From: Candidatus Phelpsiimicrobium noxiivivens
GTDB taxonomy: Bacteria > Omnitrophota > Gorgyraeia > Velamenicoccales > Velamenicoccaceae
NCBI GenBank assembly: GCA_001873995.1
Contig: MNVR01000014.1
Span: 1-24,000 of the forward strand
Direction: 5' to 3'
DNA: 24,000 nt
Numbering within the stretch: position 1 is the stretch's first letter; every line of letters begins with the position of its first letter. A program made the position numbers and the translations under genes. Positions 15,906 to 23,845 of this stretch are shown piece by piece. The notes beneath the pieces are model-generated. The model was not told where the DNA came from, did no database searches, and was given only the letters and a program-made list of their open reading frames with translations.

Positions 15906-17531
15906 ATGGAAGATCTTTCCTGCGTCTTACGAAAAGAGGTTATAGGCGTTTTAAACAAACGCCTGAGCGATTTTAAAGAAGGCTACCGCCATAACGTCGC
16001 GATCCTTGGGGATGAGATGTTAGGAAAGACGGCCCTCCTTAAGCGCTTCTTAAACGATATCACTGATGAAAAACTGACGGCCATCTATGTGGATGTCGTG
16101 CCTTTTGAATTTCCACTGTTTTTAAAAAGATTCTTAAACAGCCTACTTTATAATTTTCTTAAAAATACTCAACTCGTGTCCACGCGGGAGACCCTTGAGT
16201 CTCTGGTCAAAAGGGCTAAAGAACCCTTGCCCCTGGCCTCAATGCTCATTGAACACTTTCTTTCAAGGATGGAAAAAGAAAAACCAGAGATACTTTTCAA
16301 GGAGCTATTCGCTATTATAGAAACATTCAGCCAAGAGACAAAAAGATCCTGTGTCGTCATCTTAGATGAATTCCAGAATTTAAGGCAATTAGGCATCAAA
16401 AATATCTTCCAGGACCTTGGAAAAAAGATAATGTTCCAGAAAAACACTCTTTTCATATTTTCAAGCTCTCTAAAAAATGAAGCAAAGGAAATACTCAACA
16501 ACGACCTGTCTCTATTATTTGGCAATTTTGAGGCCATAGAACTTACCATGCTTGATATAGAAAATAGCCAGGAACTTATCAGGTCCCAATTTGGCAATAT
16601 CTCTATCTCAAAAGAATTCATCAATTTCCTTATCAATTTCACCGGAGGCCATCCTTTTTATCTTAAAGCTATATCCGACAAAGCAGCGTCCCTGTCGAGA
16701 GAGGCCCATAAAGATGCGCTGGACATTGAAACCTTATCCGACGCGTTGGAACAATTACTTTTTCAAGAATGGGGTATTTTTAATCTTAAATTCACGTCAT
16801 ACCTTTCCCAACTGACATCAACCCGCAGCAAGAACGATCTTATGTATCTTTTGGATGCTGTTTCAATCGGCACGAACAAGCTTCGAGACTTAACGAGGGT
16901 CTTAAGAAAACAGAGGACAGAGATCACGCAAAAACTTAACAAACTCATCGAACTCGGGATCATTTCTAAAAACGGTTCTTTTTATTATATTAAAGACAGG
17001 CTTATGTCATTCTGGCTAAAATTCGTCCATTACGAAAAATTATACAGTCTCAACCCGGACTATACCGATCAGGCATTACACTTTAAAAATAAGATAAGAT
17101 CCGAAATACAAGAATTTATAAATATCTCAAACGCTAAGATCTCTGACAGGATGCTCGATATTTTCAATCTGTTTGAAAGAGACGACGACATCCAGATAGA
17201 CAAAAAGAAATTACGCCTTTCAACTTTTAAAGAGCTAAAAATAGTAAGTTTTGATAACGCCCAAATAAAAATGGTCATCTTAGGCCGCGCCTTGGACAGC
17301 CTATGGATAGCTGCCATAAAAGAGGGCAGCATAAGCGAACAAGACGTCAACGAATTTATCCTTAATACGAAAAAATTTAAACACAAGGTCACAAACAAGA
17401 TCATCGTGGGTTTAGGAGGCATTGACAGGAACGCGAAGTTGCTGGCAAAAGAATCAAGCGTGATAACGTGGGACATTTCATGCTTGAACAACCTTTTTGA
17501 CCTTTACGGAAAACCAAGGATATTCGTATAA
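15906..17531 (+). CDS. P-loop ATPase of the archaeal-ATPase/COG1672 type with a winged-helix and a DUF234-like C-terminal module; function unknown
   Basis: 541 aa. Walker A GDEMLGKT, Walker B VVILDEF, family-typical FTGGHPFYL, an HTH-like LRDLTRVL...KLNKLIELGIISK...YYIKDRLMSFWLKF, then a ~130-aa C-terminal domain. ATG lies 1 nt after the nlpD stop. Confidence 0.65.
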   Translation: MEDLSCVLRKEVIGVLNKRLSDFKEGYRHNVAILGDEMLGKTALLKRFLNDITDEKLTAIYVDVVPFEFPLFLKRFLNSLLYNFLKNTQLVSTRETLESLVKRAKEPLPLASMLIEHFLSRMEKEKPEILFKELFAIIETFSQETKRSCVVILDEFQNLRQLGIKNIFQDLGKKIMFQKNTLFIFSSSLKNEAKEILNNDLSLLFGNFEAIELTMLDIENSQELIRSQFGNISISKEFINFLINFTGGHPFYLKAISDKAASLSREAHKDALDIETLSDALEQLLFQEWGIFNLKFTSYLSQLTSTRSKNDLMYLLDAVSIGTNKLRDLTRVLRKQRTEITQKLNKLIELGIISKNGSFYYIKDRLMSFWLKFVHYEKLYSLNPDYTDQALHFKNKIRSEIQEFINISNAKISDRMLDIFNLFERDDDIQIDKKKLRLSTFKELKIVSFDNAQIKMVILGRALDSLWIAAIKEGSISEQDVNEFILNTKKFKHKVTNKIIVGLGGIDRNAKLLAKESSVITWDISCLNNLFDLYGKPRIFV

Positions 17532-18014
17532 ATGCGACTAGTCGCCCTTGCAGACACGCACATTCCCGACAGATGTATTGAGATCCCGGACGCGGTATCA
17601 AAAGAATTAAAAAAAGCCGACCTTATCGTCCATGCGGGAGATTTCACTTCATTTGAGTATTTTAAATATATCCGATCTTTAAAACCTCTTAAAGCGGCTC
17701 TCGGCAACTTAGACGCGCCTGACTTACGGGAACTCTTAAAGGAAAGAGAAGTCTTCACCATCCAAAAATTCAAAATAGGCGTGATGCACGGTTTCGGCAG
17801 CGCGGAGAATGTGCTTCAAAACATCCGCAGATCCTTTGATAATAGTTTTGATCTGGTCATCTTTGGGCATACACACAACGGTTTCAAAGAAACAATAGGG
17901 AAGACCATATTTTTTAACCCCGGCAGCCCAACTGATAAAATTTTCACAACCCACAACTCTTATGGTATTATAGAAATACAAGATACTATAGAAGCTACAT
18001 TGGTAAGATTGTAA
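17532..18014 (+). CDS. YfcE/MJ0936-family metallophosphoesterase
   Basis: 160 aa. LVALADTHIP, VHAGDF, GNLD, MHG and IFGHTH form the calcineurin-like motif series. The start abuts the ATPase stop. Confidence 0.8.
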   Translation: MRLVALADTHIPDRCIEIPDAVSKELKKADLIVHAGDFTSFEYFKYIRSLKPLKAALGNLDAPDLRELLKEREVFTIQKFKIGVMHGFGSAENVLQNIRRSFDNSFDLVIFGHTHNGFKETIGKTIFFNPGSPTDKIFTTHNSYGIIEIQDTIEATLVRL

Positions 18015-18016
18015 CC

Positions 18017-18496
18017 ATGGAAAAACTCTGGGCCCCGTGGAGAATGAGTTATATTAAAAACGCGAAAAAAGAAAAAGGCTGTCTTTTCTGCCGCGTTCTT
18101 AAGTCCAAAAAGGACAAAGCCAACCTCGTATTATTACGTTCCAAACACTCTTTCGCCGTATTAAATCTCTACCCCTACAACAACGGCCATCTGATGGCCT
18201 CGCCCAAAAGACATGTCTCATCCATTGAGCTATTAAATGACGATGAGATCTGCGACCTTTTTAACACTGTTAAAAAAGCTAAACTTTTACTGGAGGCCGC
18301 GTTAAAGCCTGAAGGTTATAATATCGGCTTAAACGAGGGGCGTGCCGCTGGTGCCGGCATCGTAGGGCATATGCATGTCCATATTGTGCCACGCTGGAAC
18401 GGCGATACCAACTTTATGCCTATATTTTATAACACTAAGATAATTTCACGATCGCTTAATGAGCTGTATGAAAAATTGACCAGCGGACGCAAATGA
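18017..18496 (+). CDS. HIT-family nucleotide hydrolase/phosphorylase (Ap4A-phosphorylase-like branch)
   Basis: 159 aa. LWAPWRMSYI N-terminus, NLYPYNNGHLM, and histidine triad GHMHVHIVPRWNGDTNFMP. Confidence 0.8.
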   Translation: MEKLWAPWRMSYIKNAKKEKGCLFCRVLKSKKDKANLVLLRSKHSFAVLNLYPYNNGHLMASPKRHVSSIELLNDDEICDLFNTVKKAKLLLEAALKPEGYNIGLNEGRAAGAGIVGHMHVHIVPRWNGDTNFMPIFYNTKIISRSLNELYEKLTSGRK

Positions 18497-19641
18497 ATAT
18501 CAACGAAAAAGAAGATATGCTGTTGGCGCCTTACGCGGCAAAATCCAGGAATTCAAAAGGACGCCTTCACAGGAACGAAAAAGAACATGAATACAGAAGC
18601 CCATACCAAAGAGACAGAGACCGCATCATACACAGCGTCGCTTTCCGCAGGCTGGAATATAAGACCCAGGTATTTGTCAACCATGAGGGCGATGATTACC
18701 GAACCCGTCTGACACATTCTATAGAAGTGGCCCAAATAGCCCGCACCCTTGCGAAAGCGCTCTCACTTTGCGAAGAATTGACAGAAGCAGTAGCGCTGGC
18801 GCATGATCTTGGGCATACTCCTTTTGGGCACGCCGGAGAAGACATCTTAAATGACCTGATGCAAGGCCACGGAGGATTTGAACATAATATCCACACCTTA
18901 AAAATAGTTGACCTGCTTGAGGAACGTTACCCTGACTTTCCAGGACTCAACCTTACATGGGAGACGAGGGAAGGCATAGTTAAACACACAACCCAATACG
19001 ATAAGGCAAAGATACCGCCAGAGCTTGAACCAAACCTTATGCCAACGTTAGAGGCACAGATAGTTGACATAGCCGATGAAATCGCTTATGATAATCATGA
19101 CTTAGATGACGGATTAGCAAGCGGCCTCATCCGCGAAGAAATGCTTGATAGCATTCCATTGTGGCAAAAAACAAAGAATGAGATAGAGCGCGCGCATCCG
19201 GGTATAGGAAATCCTGTTAAAAGATATCAGATAATTCGTAAATTGATATCACTATTAGTTGACGACGCGTACCATGAGACACTTAAAAGATTGAATACAA
19301 ATAATATCAAAACACTAGAAGACGTCAGAAACTTTAAAACCAGTCTCATTGATTTTAGCGAGTCTCTCAAAGACGAACGCGCGCCATTGCGTAAATTCCT
19401 TCAGAAAGAACTTTATCAGCACTTCCGGGTAAACCGCATGTCCGACAAGGCCAAAAGGTTTATTGAAGACCTATTCCGCATTTACATCAAGAATACGTCC
19501 ATTTTACCCGAAGAGTATCAAAACAAAATAACCGACGAAGAAACAAAATATGTCGTGATCTGCGATTATATCGCTGGCATGACGGACAGGTTCGCTCTCA
19601 ATGAGCACGAAAAACTATTTGATCCTTACAAAAAAGTATAA
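18493..19641 (+). CDS. dgt: dGTPase-like deoxynucleoside-triphosphate triphosphohydrolase (HD domain)
   Basis: 382 aa. SPYQRDRDRIIHSVAFRRLEYKTQVF, RLTHSIEVAQIAR, AHDLGHTPFGHAGE, and a C-terminal YIAGMTDRFAL. Confidence 0.85.
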   Translation: MNINEKEDMLLAPYAAKSRNSKGRLHRNEKEHEYRSPYQRDRDRIIHSVAFRRLEYKTQVFVNHEGDDYRTRLTHSIEVAQIARTLAKALSLCEELTEAVALAHDLGHTPFGHAGEDILNDLMQGHGGFEHNIHTLKIVDLLEERYPDFPGLNLTWETREGIVKHTTQYDKAKIPPELEPNLMPTLEAQIVDIADEIAYDNHDLDDGLASGLIREEMLDSIPLWQKTKNEIERAHPGIGNPVKRYQIIRKLISLLVDDAYHETLKRLNTNNIKTLEDVRNFKTSLIDFSESLKDERAPLRKFLQKELYQHFRVNRMSDKAKRFIEDLFRIYIKNTSILPEEYQNKITDEETKYVVICDYIAGMTDRFALNEHEKLFDPYKKV

Positions 19642-20677
19642 GTCGCTTATTTCATCGCTTCACTCAATCTATAGGCTTATAAACACTACCTACGATCTCA
19701 CCGATCTATCTTCAAGGCTGTCCAAACTTTTGTCCCAGATATTCAAATCTAACTCATGCACGATCGCCCTTTTGGATAATTCCAAAAAACAGACCGCCAT
19801 TAAATGCAGTATAATAAACAATAGGCGCTGCGTCATTAATAAAAGAACACCTATAAAAAATGCCCTTGAGCACAGAATAGTCTCAACCGGCTCTGCCATA
19901 AAAAAAGACTGCCTTTTAGCGACGCCTTTGATCAACGATGACGTTATCGGTTTCATCATTATCACAAGGAAAAAAAAAGCATACAAAAAAGAAGGGGCCT
20001 TTGATTATTTTGACCTTGAGACGCTCATGACGCTGGCCGGCCAGATCGTCATGGCTATCAAAAATATCCAGCTTTATATTGAACAAGAAAAAATGGTCAT
20101 GGGCACGATCAAATCATTAGTCACGGTATTGGATTCAAAGATGCCTCCGGCATACACACACACGCCTTATTTCTCAAGGCTTGTCAAGGCTTTAGCCGAA
20201 GAAACACACATAAACAGAAAAGACATTGATTCCCTTAAATACGCCAGCATGCTTCATGACGCCGGCAAGATCAATATCCCAACCGAGATACTCACGAAGG
20301 CATCAAACCTGACAGGAGAGGAGTACGATATTATTAAACGCCATCCCGTCAAAGGGGCTGAGATAATAAAACACGTTCAGATCTTAAAACCCGTTGTGCC
20401 CATCATTCTTCACCACCATGAAAAATTTGACGGCACAGGGTACCCATCGCGCCTGAAAAAAAGCAAAATACCAATAGGCGCGCGCATCATGGCCGTTGCC
20501 GATGCATTTGACGCAATGGTATACGGAAGGCCCTACAGGGAAAGGATCTCTGCTGAAGATGCTCTTGAGGAAATAAAAAAATACAGCGGCACTCAGTTTG
20601 ACCCAGCGATCGTAAAATCCCTTGTCAAAATATTTCATAACAAAAAGTTAAAAAAGTACTTGCATTTAACACGCTAA
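19601..20677 (+). CDS. GAF-domain HD-GYP phosphodiesterase (cyclic-dinucleotide hydrolase)
   Basis: 358 aa. N-terminal GAF-like region (LATPLINDDVIGFIIITRKK). HD-GYP domain with MLHDAGKINIP and HHHEKFDGTGYP, both intact. The start is uncertain (ATG 19601 or TTG 19619). Confidence 0.85.
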   Translation: MSTKNYLILTKKYKSLISSLHSIYRLINTTYDLTDLSSRLSKLLSQIFKSNSCTIALLDNSKKQTAIKCSIINNRRCVINKRTPIKNALEHRIVSTGSAIKKDCLLATPLINDDVIGFIIITRKKKAYKKEGAFDYFDLETLMTLAGQIVMAIKNIQLYIEQEKMVMGTIKSLVTVLDSKMPPAYTHTPYFSRLVKALAEETHINRKDIDSLKYASMLHDAGKINIPTEILTKASNLTGEEYDIIKRHPVKGAEIIKHVQILKPVVPIILHHHEKFDGTGYPSRLKKSKIPIGARIMAVADAFDAMVYGRPYRERISAEDALEEIKKYSGTQFDPAIVKSLVKIFHNKKLKKYLHLTR

Positions 20678-20698
20678 AAATTATAATAATAACAAATC

Positions 20699-21322
20699 AT
20701 GAACACCAAGAATCAACAGATAGAGTTTGAGATCACGCCAAAAGATGCAAAATCAAATTATTCGTATCTATCTAATCTTAAAGATGATACGCGTTCTGAA
20801 ACTACATCTATAAACGTAATATTTTCTCATCAGAGCGTAATTGTTATCTTTATCTGCGTCATCATGTCTTTAATAGCTAGCTTCGCGCTAGGTGTTGAAA
20901 AAGGAAAGTTAATCGCGAAAGATAACGTTGTCGTTGGAACAACGGCAGAACAGGCAGCGACAGTACCTGCGGCATTAGCTATCAACCTGCCTCCTGAAAA
21001 AACTCAAACTGTAGGAAACATACAACCTTTAATTCAGCAGGCACAGCCGCTTGCGCCTATAGTAGTAGCCCAAGAGCCAGTAAAAATAACCGCGGGCGCG
21101 CCTACCGGCGGTTTTACTATACAGGTAGCTTCAGTCACCGGTTCAACTTCGGCTAAAGGGTTAGCAGACTCCCTGATAAAAAAAGGTATTGCCGCTTTTA
21201 CTAAACAATCAGGTAAATACACGATAGTACTGGCGGGAAATTTCGCCAAAAAGGAAGACGCCCAGATCAGGCTAAAAGAACTTAAAAAAACATACGCGGA
21301 CTGTTTCATAAGAAAGATATAA
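20699..21322 (+). CDS. SPOR-domain membrane protein (septal peptidoglycan binding)
   Basis: 207 aa. One TM helix, an A/P/Q-rich linker, and a C-terminal SPOR-like FTIQVASVTGSTSAKGLADSLIKKGIAAF...YTIVLAGNFAKKEDAQIRLKELKK. Confidence 0.75.
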   Translation: MNTKNQQIEFEITPKDAKSNYSYLSNLKDDTRSETTSINVIFSHQSVIVIFICVIMSLIASFALGVEKGKLIAKDNVVVGTTAEQAATVPAALAINLPPEKTQTVGNIQPLIQQAQPLAPIVVAQEPVKITAGAPTGGFTIQVASVTGSTSAKGLADSLIKKGIAAFTKQSGKYTIVLAGNFAKKEDAQIRLKELKKTYADCFIRKI

Positions 21323-21326
21323 TTAT

Positions 21327-21602
21327 ATGTCTATACACCCATCTCTAGGAGATGCAGCCAAGGGTAAACAGCAGAAGTCTGTCTTAAAAAGGGCCGAACG
21401 CATCAAATATATGATGAGTAAGGGCCTTTGGAAAGAAGACAGCAAAGTCTTTGGAATGCCTAAAATAAAAGCTTTCCGCCTCAAGATCAAAAAAGAGAAA
21501 GCTGCTGAAAAACCAGTTGAAGAAAGCGTTGCTGCAGTTGTTGCGAATCCAAAGGCAAAGCCCCAGGCAGACCAAAAAGCAAAAGCCTCCTCAAAAAAAT
21601 GA
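21327..21602 (+). CDS. Small basic protein (PVC-group 'small basic protein' family) with Lys/Ala-rich tail
   Basis: 91 aa. MSIHPSLGD...KSVLKRAERIKYMMSKGLWKEDSKVFGMPKIK matches my recollection of the TIGR04137-type pattern (MSI..SL...VL.RAERI...G.W....FG.PK). It is followed by a KKEKAAEKP...KAKASSKK tail. Confidence 0.6.
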   Translation: MSIHPSLGDAAKGKQQKSVLKRAERIKYMMSKGLWKEDSKVFGMPKIKAFRLKIKKEKAAEKPVEESVAAVVANPKAKPQADQKAKASSKK

Positions 21603-21626
21603 GCCCCGCGGAAAAAGTCCATTAAT

Positions 21627-22232
21627 ATGGGCATTGCTCTGTCACTTGCCGTATTTTTTTTCGCCGTAGTGATCCACGAATTCGCTCACGGCTTTGTCGC
21701 TCTTCAGCTGGGAGATACAACAGCGCAAAGGGCAGGTCGGCTTACCTTAAACCCACTAGCCCACATTGACCCATTCGGCACAGTCCTTTTACCCATAATG
21801 CTGGTTATTATGAATTCACCAGTCCTCTTCGGATGGGCCAAACCCATACCCGTTAATTTTGCCGCTTTAAAAAACCCTAAAAAAGATATGATCTGGGTAG
21901 GGCTTGCAGGCCCGCTAGCCAACCTGGCGTGCGCCTTTGCCGCGGCGATCCTTTTTAAATTCGGTTTAAAAAATTCTGAAATACTTGCCGCTACTCTGCA
22001 ATATTTTATGGTTATCAACGTCGTCTTGGCGATCTTTAATCTTATACCCATACCACCATTAGACGGCTCAAGGGTCCTGATGGGGCTATTGCCAAGGCCC
22101 TCAGCCATACTATTAGCCTCTGCCGAACCCTATGGATTTATCTTATTATTCGCGCTATTATATGCGGGGCTTTTTGACAAAGTCGTCTGGCCCGTGGCAA
22201 ATTACGTGCTTTTCTATCTTACAAGACTATGA
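21627..22232 (+). CDS. Site-2 protease family (peptidase M50) membrane protein
   Basis: 201 aa, polytopic. HEFAH zinc motif (VVIHEFAHGF) and NLIPIPPLDGS. Confidence 0.85.
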   Translation: MGIALSLAVFFFAVVIHEFAHGFVALQLGDTTAQRAGRLTLNPLAHIDPFGTVLLPIMLVIMNSPVLFGWAKPIPVNFAALKNPKKDMIWVGLAGPLANLACAFAAAILFKFGLKNSEILAATLQYFMVINVVLAIFNLIPIPPLDGSRVLMGLLPRPSAILLASAEPYGFILLFALLYAGLFDKVVWPVANYVLFYLTRL

Positions 22233-23317
22233 AACAGATCATTACAGTAGGCCTTGCGCGGCGTTCCTATCAAATAGTGCTTGGAGAGAATAGCCTCTTA
22301 GGCCTGCCCAACCTCATCAAAAGTACCACTATAGGAAAAGATGCCTGCGTTATCACAACCGCAAAAATACAAGTCCTCCACGGTAAAAAATTAAATAACG
22401 CTTTAAGAAAAGCATGCGCTAGCGTTTTAACGCTTACAATACCTGATTCAGAAAAAAGCAAAAATGCAAGGCTTGCCCTGGAACTGATAGAAAAAATAAC
22501 CAGGTTTGATAAAAAAAAGAAGCTTTTCCTTATCGCTTTCGGAGGCGGCGTAGTCGGAGACCTGACAGGTTTTATCGCGGCTATCTATAAAAGGGGGGTG
22601 CCTTATATACAGGTACCCACAACGCTACTGGCTCAGATAGATTCATCTATCGGAGGAAAAACTGCCATTGACACCTCCTGCGGAAAAAACCTTGTAGGCG
22701 CCTTCTATCAACCGCGTTTTATTGTTTCCGACATAAACCTTTTAAAAAGCTTGCCTCGCTGCCAGCTGCTGGCTGGACTTTCGGAAGCTATTAAATATGC
22801 CCTGATCAAAGACGCCGGGCTTTACGTTTTCTTAAAAAAATATCATCAAAAAATTTTGCAAAAAAACACGCGCGCTTTATCTTTTCTCATAGCGCGATGC
22901 GCCGCCATAAAAGCAAGGGTCGTAGCAACTGACGAATTTGACAAAACCGGAATAAGAATGATCCTGAATTTCGGCCACACCTTCGGCCACGCCATAGAAA
23001 CGGCCTCGCGATTTAAAACATCACATGGCGAAGCCGTGAGTTTAGGAATAGTTTGCGCTTGCAGGCTCTCTGAAAAATTGGGTTTATTGAACCACAAGAC
23101 AAGCTCTGAGGCCATAGCCCTTATTAATAAAATGGGCATGCCTACGGCCATCAAGAAAATAAGAGGAGAGGCTATCGTTAAAGCGCTGGCCTATGACAAA
23201 AAATTCACAGGTAAAACAAACAGGTTTGTGCTTTTAGAAAAAATTGGTAAGACGAAGATCGTGGAGAATGTCCCCAAATACCTCGTTAACAAAGTCATCA
23301 ACGAGATTTTAAAGTAA
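22229..23317 (+). CDS. aroB: 3-dehydroquinate synthase
   Basis: 362 aa. IAFGGGVVGDLTGFIAAIYKRGVPYIQVPTTLLAQIDSSIGGKTAID, NFGHTFGHAIE and HGEAVSLG. Confidence 0.92.
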   Translation: MKQIITVGLARRSYQIVLGENSLLGLPNLIKSTTIGKDACVITTAKIQVLHGKKLNNALRKACASVLTLTIPDSEKSKNARLALELIEKITRFDKKKKLFLIAFGGGVVGDLTGFIAAIYKRGVPYIQVPTTLLAQIDSSIGGKTAIDTSCGKNLVGAFYQPRFIVSDINLLKSLPRCQLLAGLSEAIKYALIKDAGLYVFLKKYHQKILQKNTRALSFLIARCAAIKARVVATDEFDKTGIRMILNFGHTFGHAIETASRFKTSHGEAVSLGIVCACRLSEKLGLLNHKTSSEAIALINKMGMPTAIKKIRGEAIVKALAYDKKFTGKTNRFVLLEKIGKTKIVENVPKYLVNKVINEILK

Positions 23318-23783
23318 TCTTCCTACCCTCAAAACTTAACTCAACCAGATCAGGCGAGATCTTATCAACTACAGCGCCATCTATCTTACCGCCCTCAGGT
23401 ATGACGCGCCCATTGATCAAGGCAAAACTACCGCTTTCACCGAACAGAATACCTGACAAAGTCAGCGTAGGAATAGGCTTCTGTGGTTCTACAGGCGTTT
23501 TTTCTGCGGTATTTACGATCTCGGGAGTGGCGATTTCAACGATAGTTGCGGGCAAAACAACTGTCTTTGGGGCTTGTATCGGCGGGTTAGTTTTCGTGAC
23601 AGATTTAGAAAAGAACGCAAAACCAGCCGTGGCTAAACCAAAACCTAACGCGATAAAGAATATGAGCTGTAACGGAGGGTGGATAGCCTTCTTAACAAGC
23701 ACAACGGCATTAGGCCTTGCCTCTGGCCTTATCTCAGACGCGGCCTCTTTACCTATTTCCCAGCCTTCTTTATGATTTTCCAT
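23298..23783 (-). CDS. Membrane-anchored protein with GspB/PilP-like C-terminal domain (type II secretion/pilus accessory-like)
   Basis: 161 aa. One TM helix (LQLIFFIALGFGLATAGFAFF). The C-terminus LTLSGILFGESGSFALINGRVIPEGGKIDGAVVDKISPDLVELSFEGRKITL resembles the T2SSB/GspB fold pattern. GGAG RBS and its own promoter. Confidence 0.5.
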   Translation of the reverse strand: MENHKEGWEIGKEAASEIRPEARPNAVVLVKKAIHPPLQLIFFIALGFGLATAGFAFFSKSVTKTNPPIQAPKTVVLPATIVEIATPEIVNTAEKTPVEPQKPIPTLTLSGILFGESGSFALINGRVIPEGGKIDGAVVDKISPDLVELSFEGRKITLKSR

Positions 23784-23806
23784 AAAACTCCGAATTCAAT
23801 GATGAA

Positions 23807-23834
23807 ATTATACCATTAGTCAGCGGTTTGTAAA
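23807..23834 (-). promoter_or_regulatory. Sigma70-type promoter for the GspB-like gene
   Basis: Read on the minus strand: TTTACA (23834-23829), a 16-nt spacer, then TGg-TATAAT (hexamer 23812-23807). The ATG lies ~24 nt downstream of the -10. Confidence 0.55.
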
Positions 23835-23845
23835 GTATAAAATGT

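Noticed and set aside
18493-19641. Calling the dGTPase-like gene a phage-defence dNTP depleter outright.
   Set aside because: Its size (382 aa) and motifs equally fit the widespread housekeeping Dgt-like family. The distinction needs phylogeny and neighbourhood statistics that I cannot run.
15074-20460. Genomic island integrated at tRNA-Gly and carrying the ATPase/hydrolase genes.
   Set aside because: There is no integrase. The only downstream match to the tRNA 3' end is an 8-nt CCCATCGC inside the HD-GYP codons for GYPSR (about 20445), which is far too short for an att repeat. My hand GC counts of single lines vary from 28 to 58% across the window, so I cannot support a compositional anomaly by eye.
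23401-23775. 124-aa + strand ORF opposite the GspB-like gene.
   Set aside because: The minus-strand reading has a GGAG RBS, a near-consensus promoter, a clean TM helix and a recognisable C-terminal domain. The plus reading is Gly/Ala/Ser/Thr-rich with no signals.
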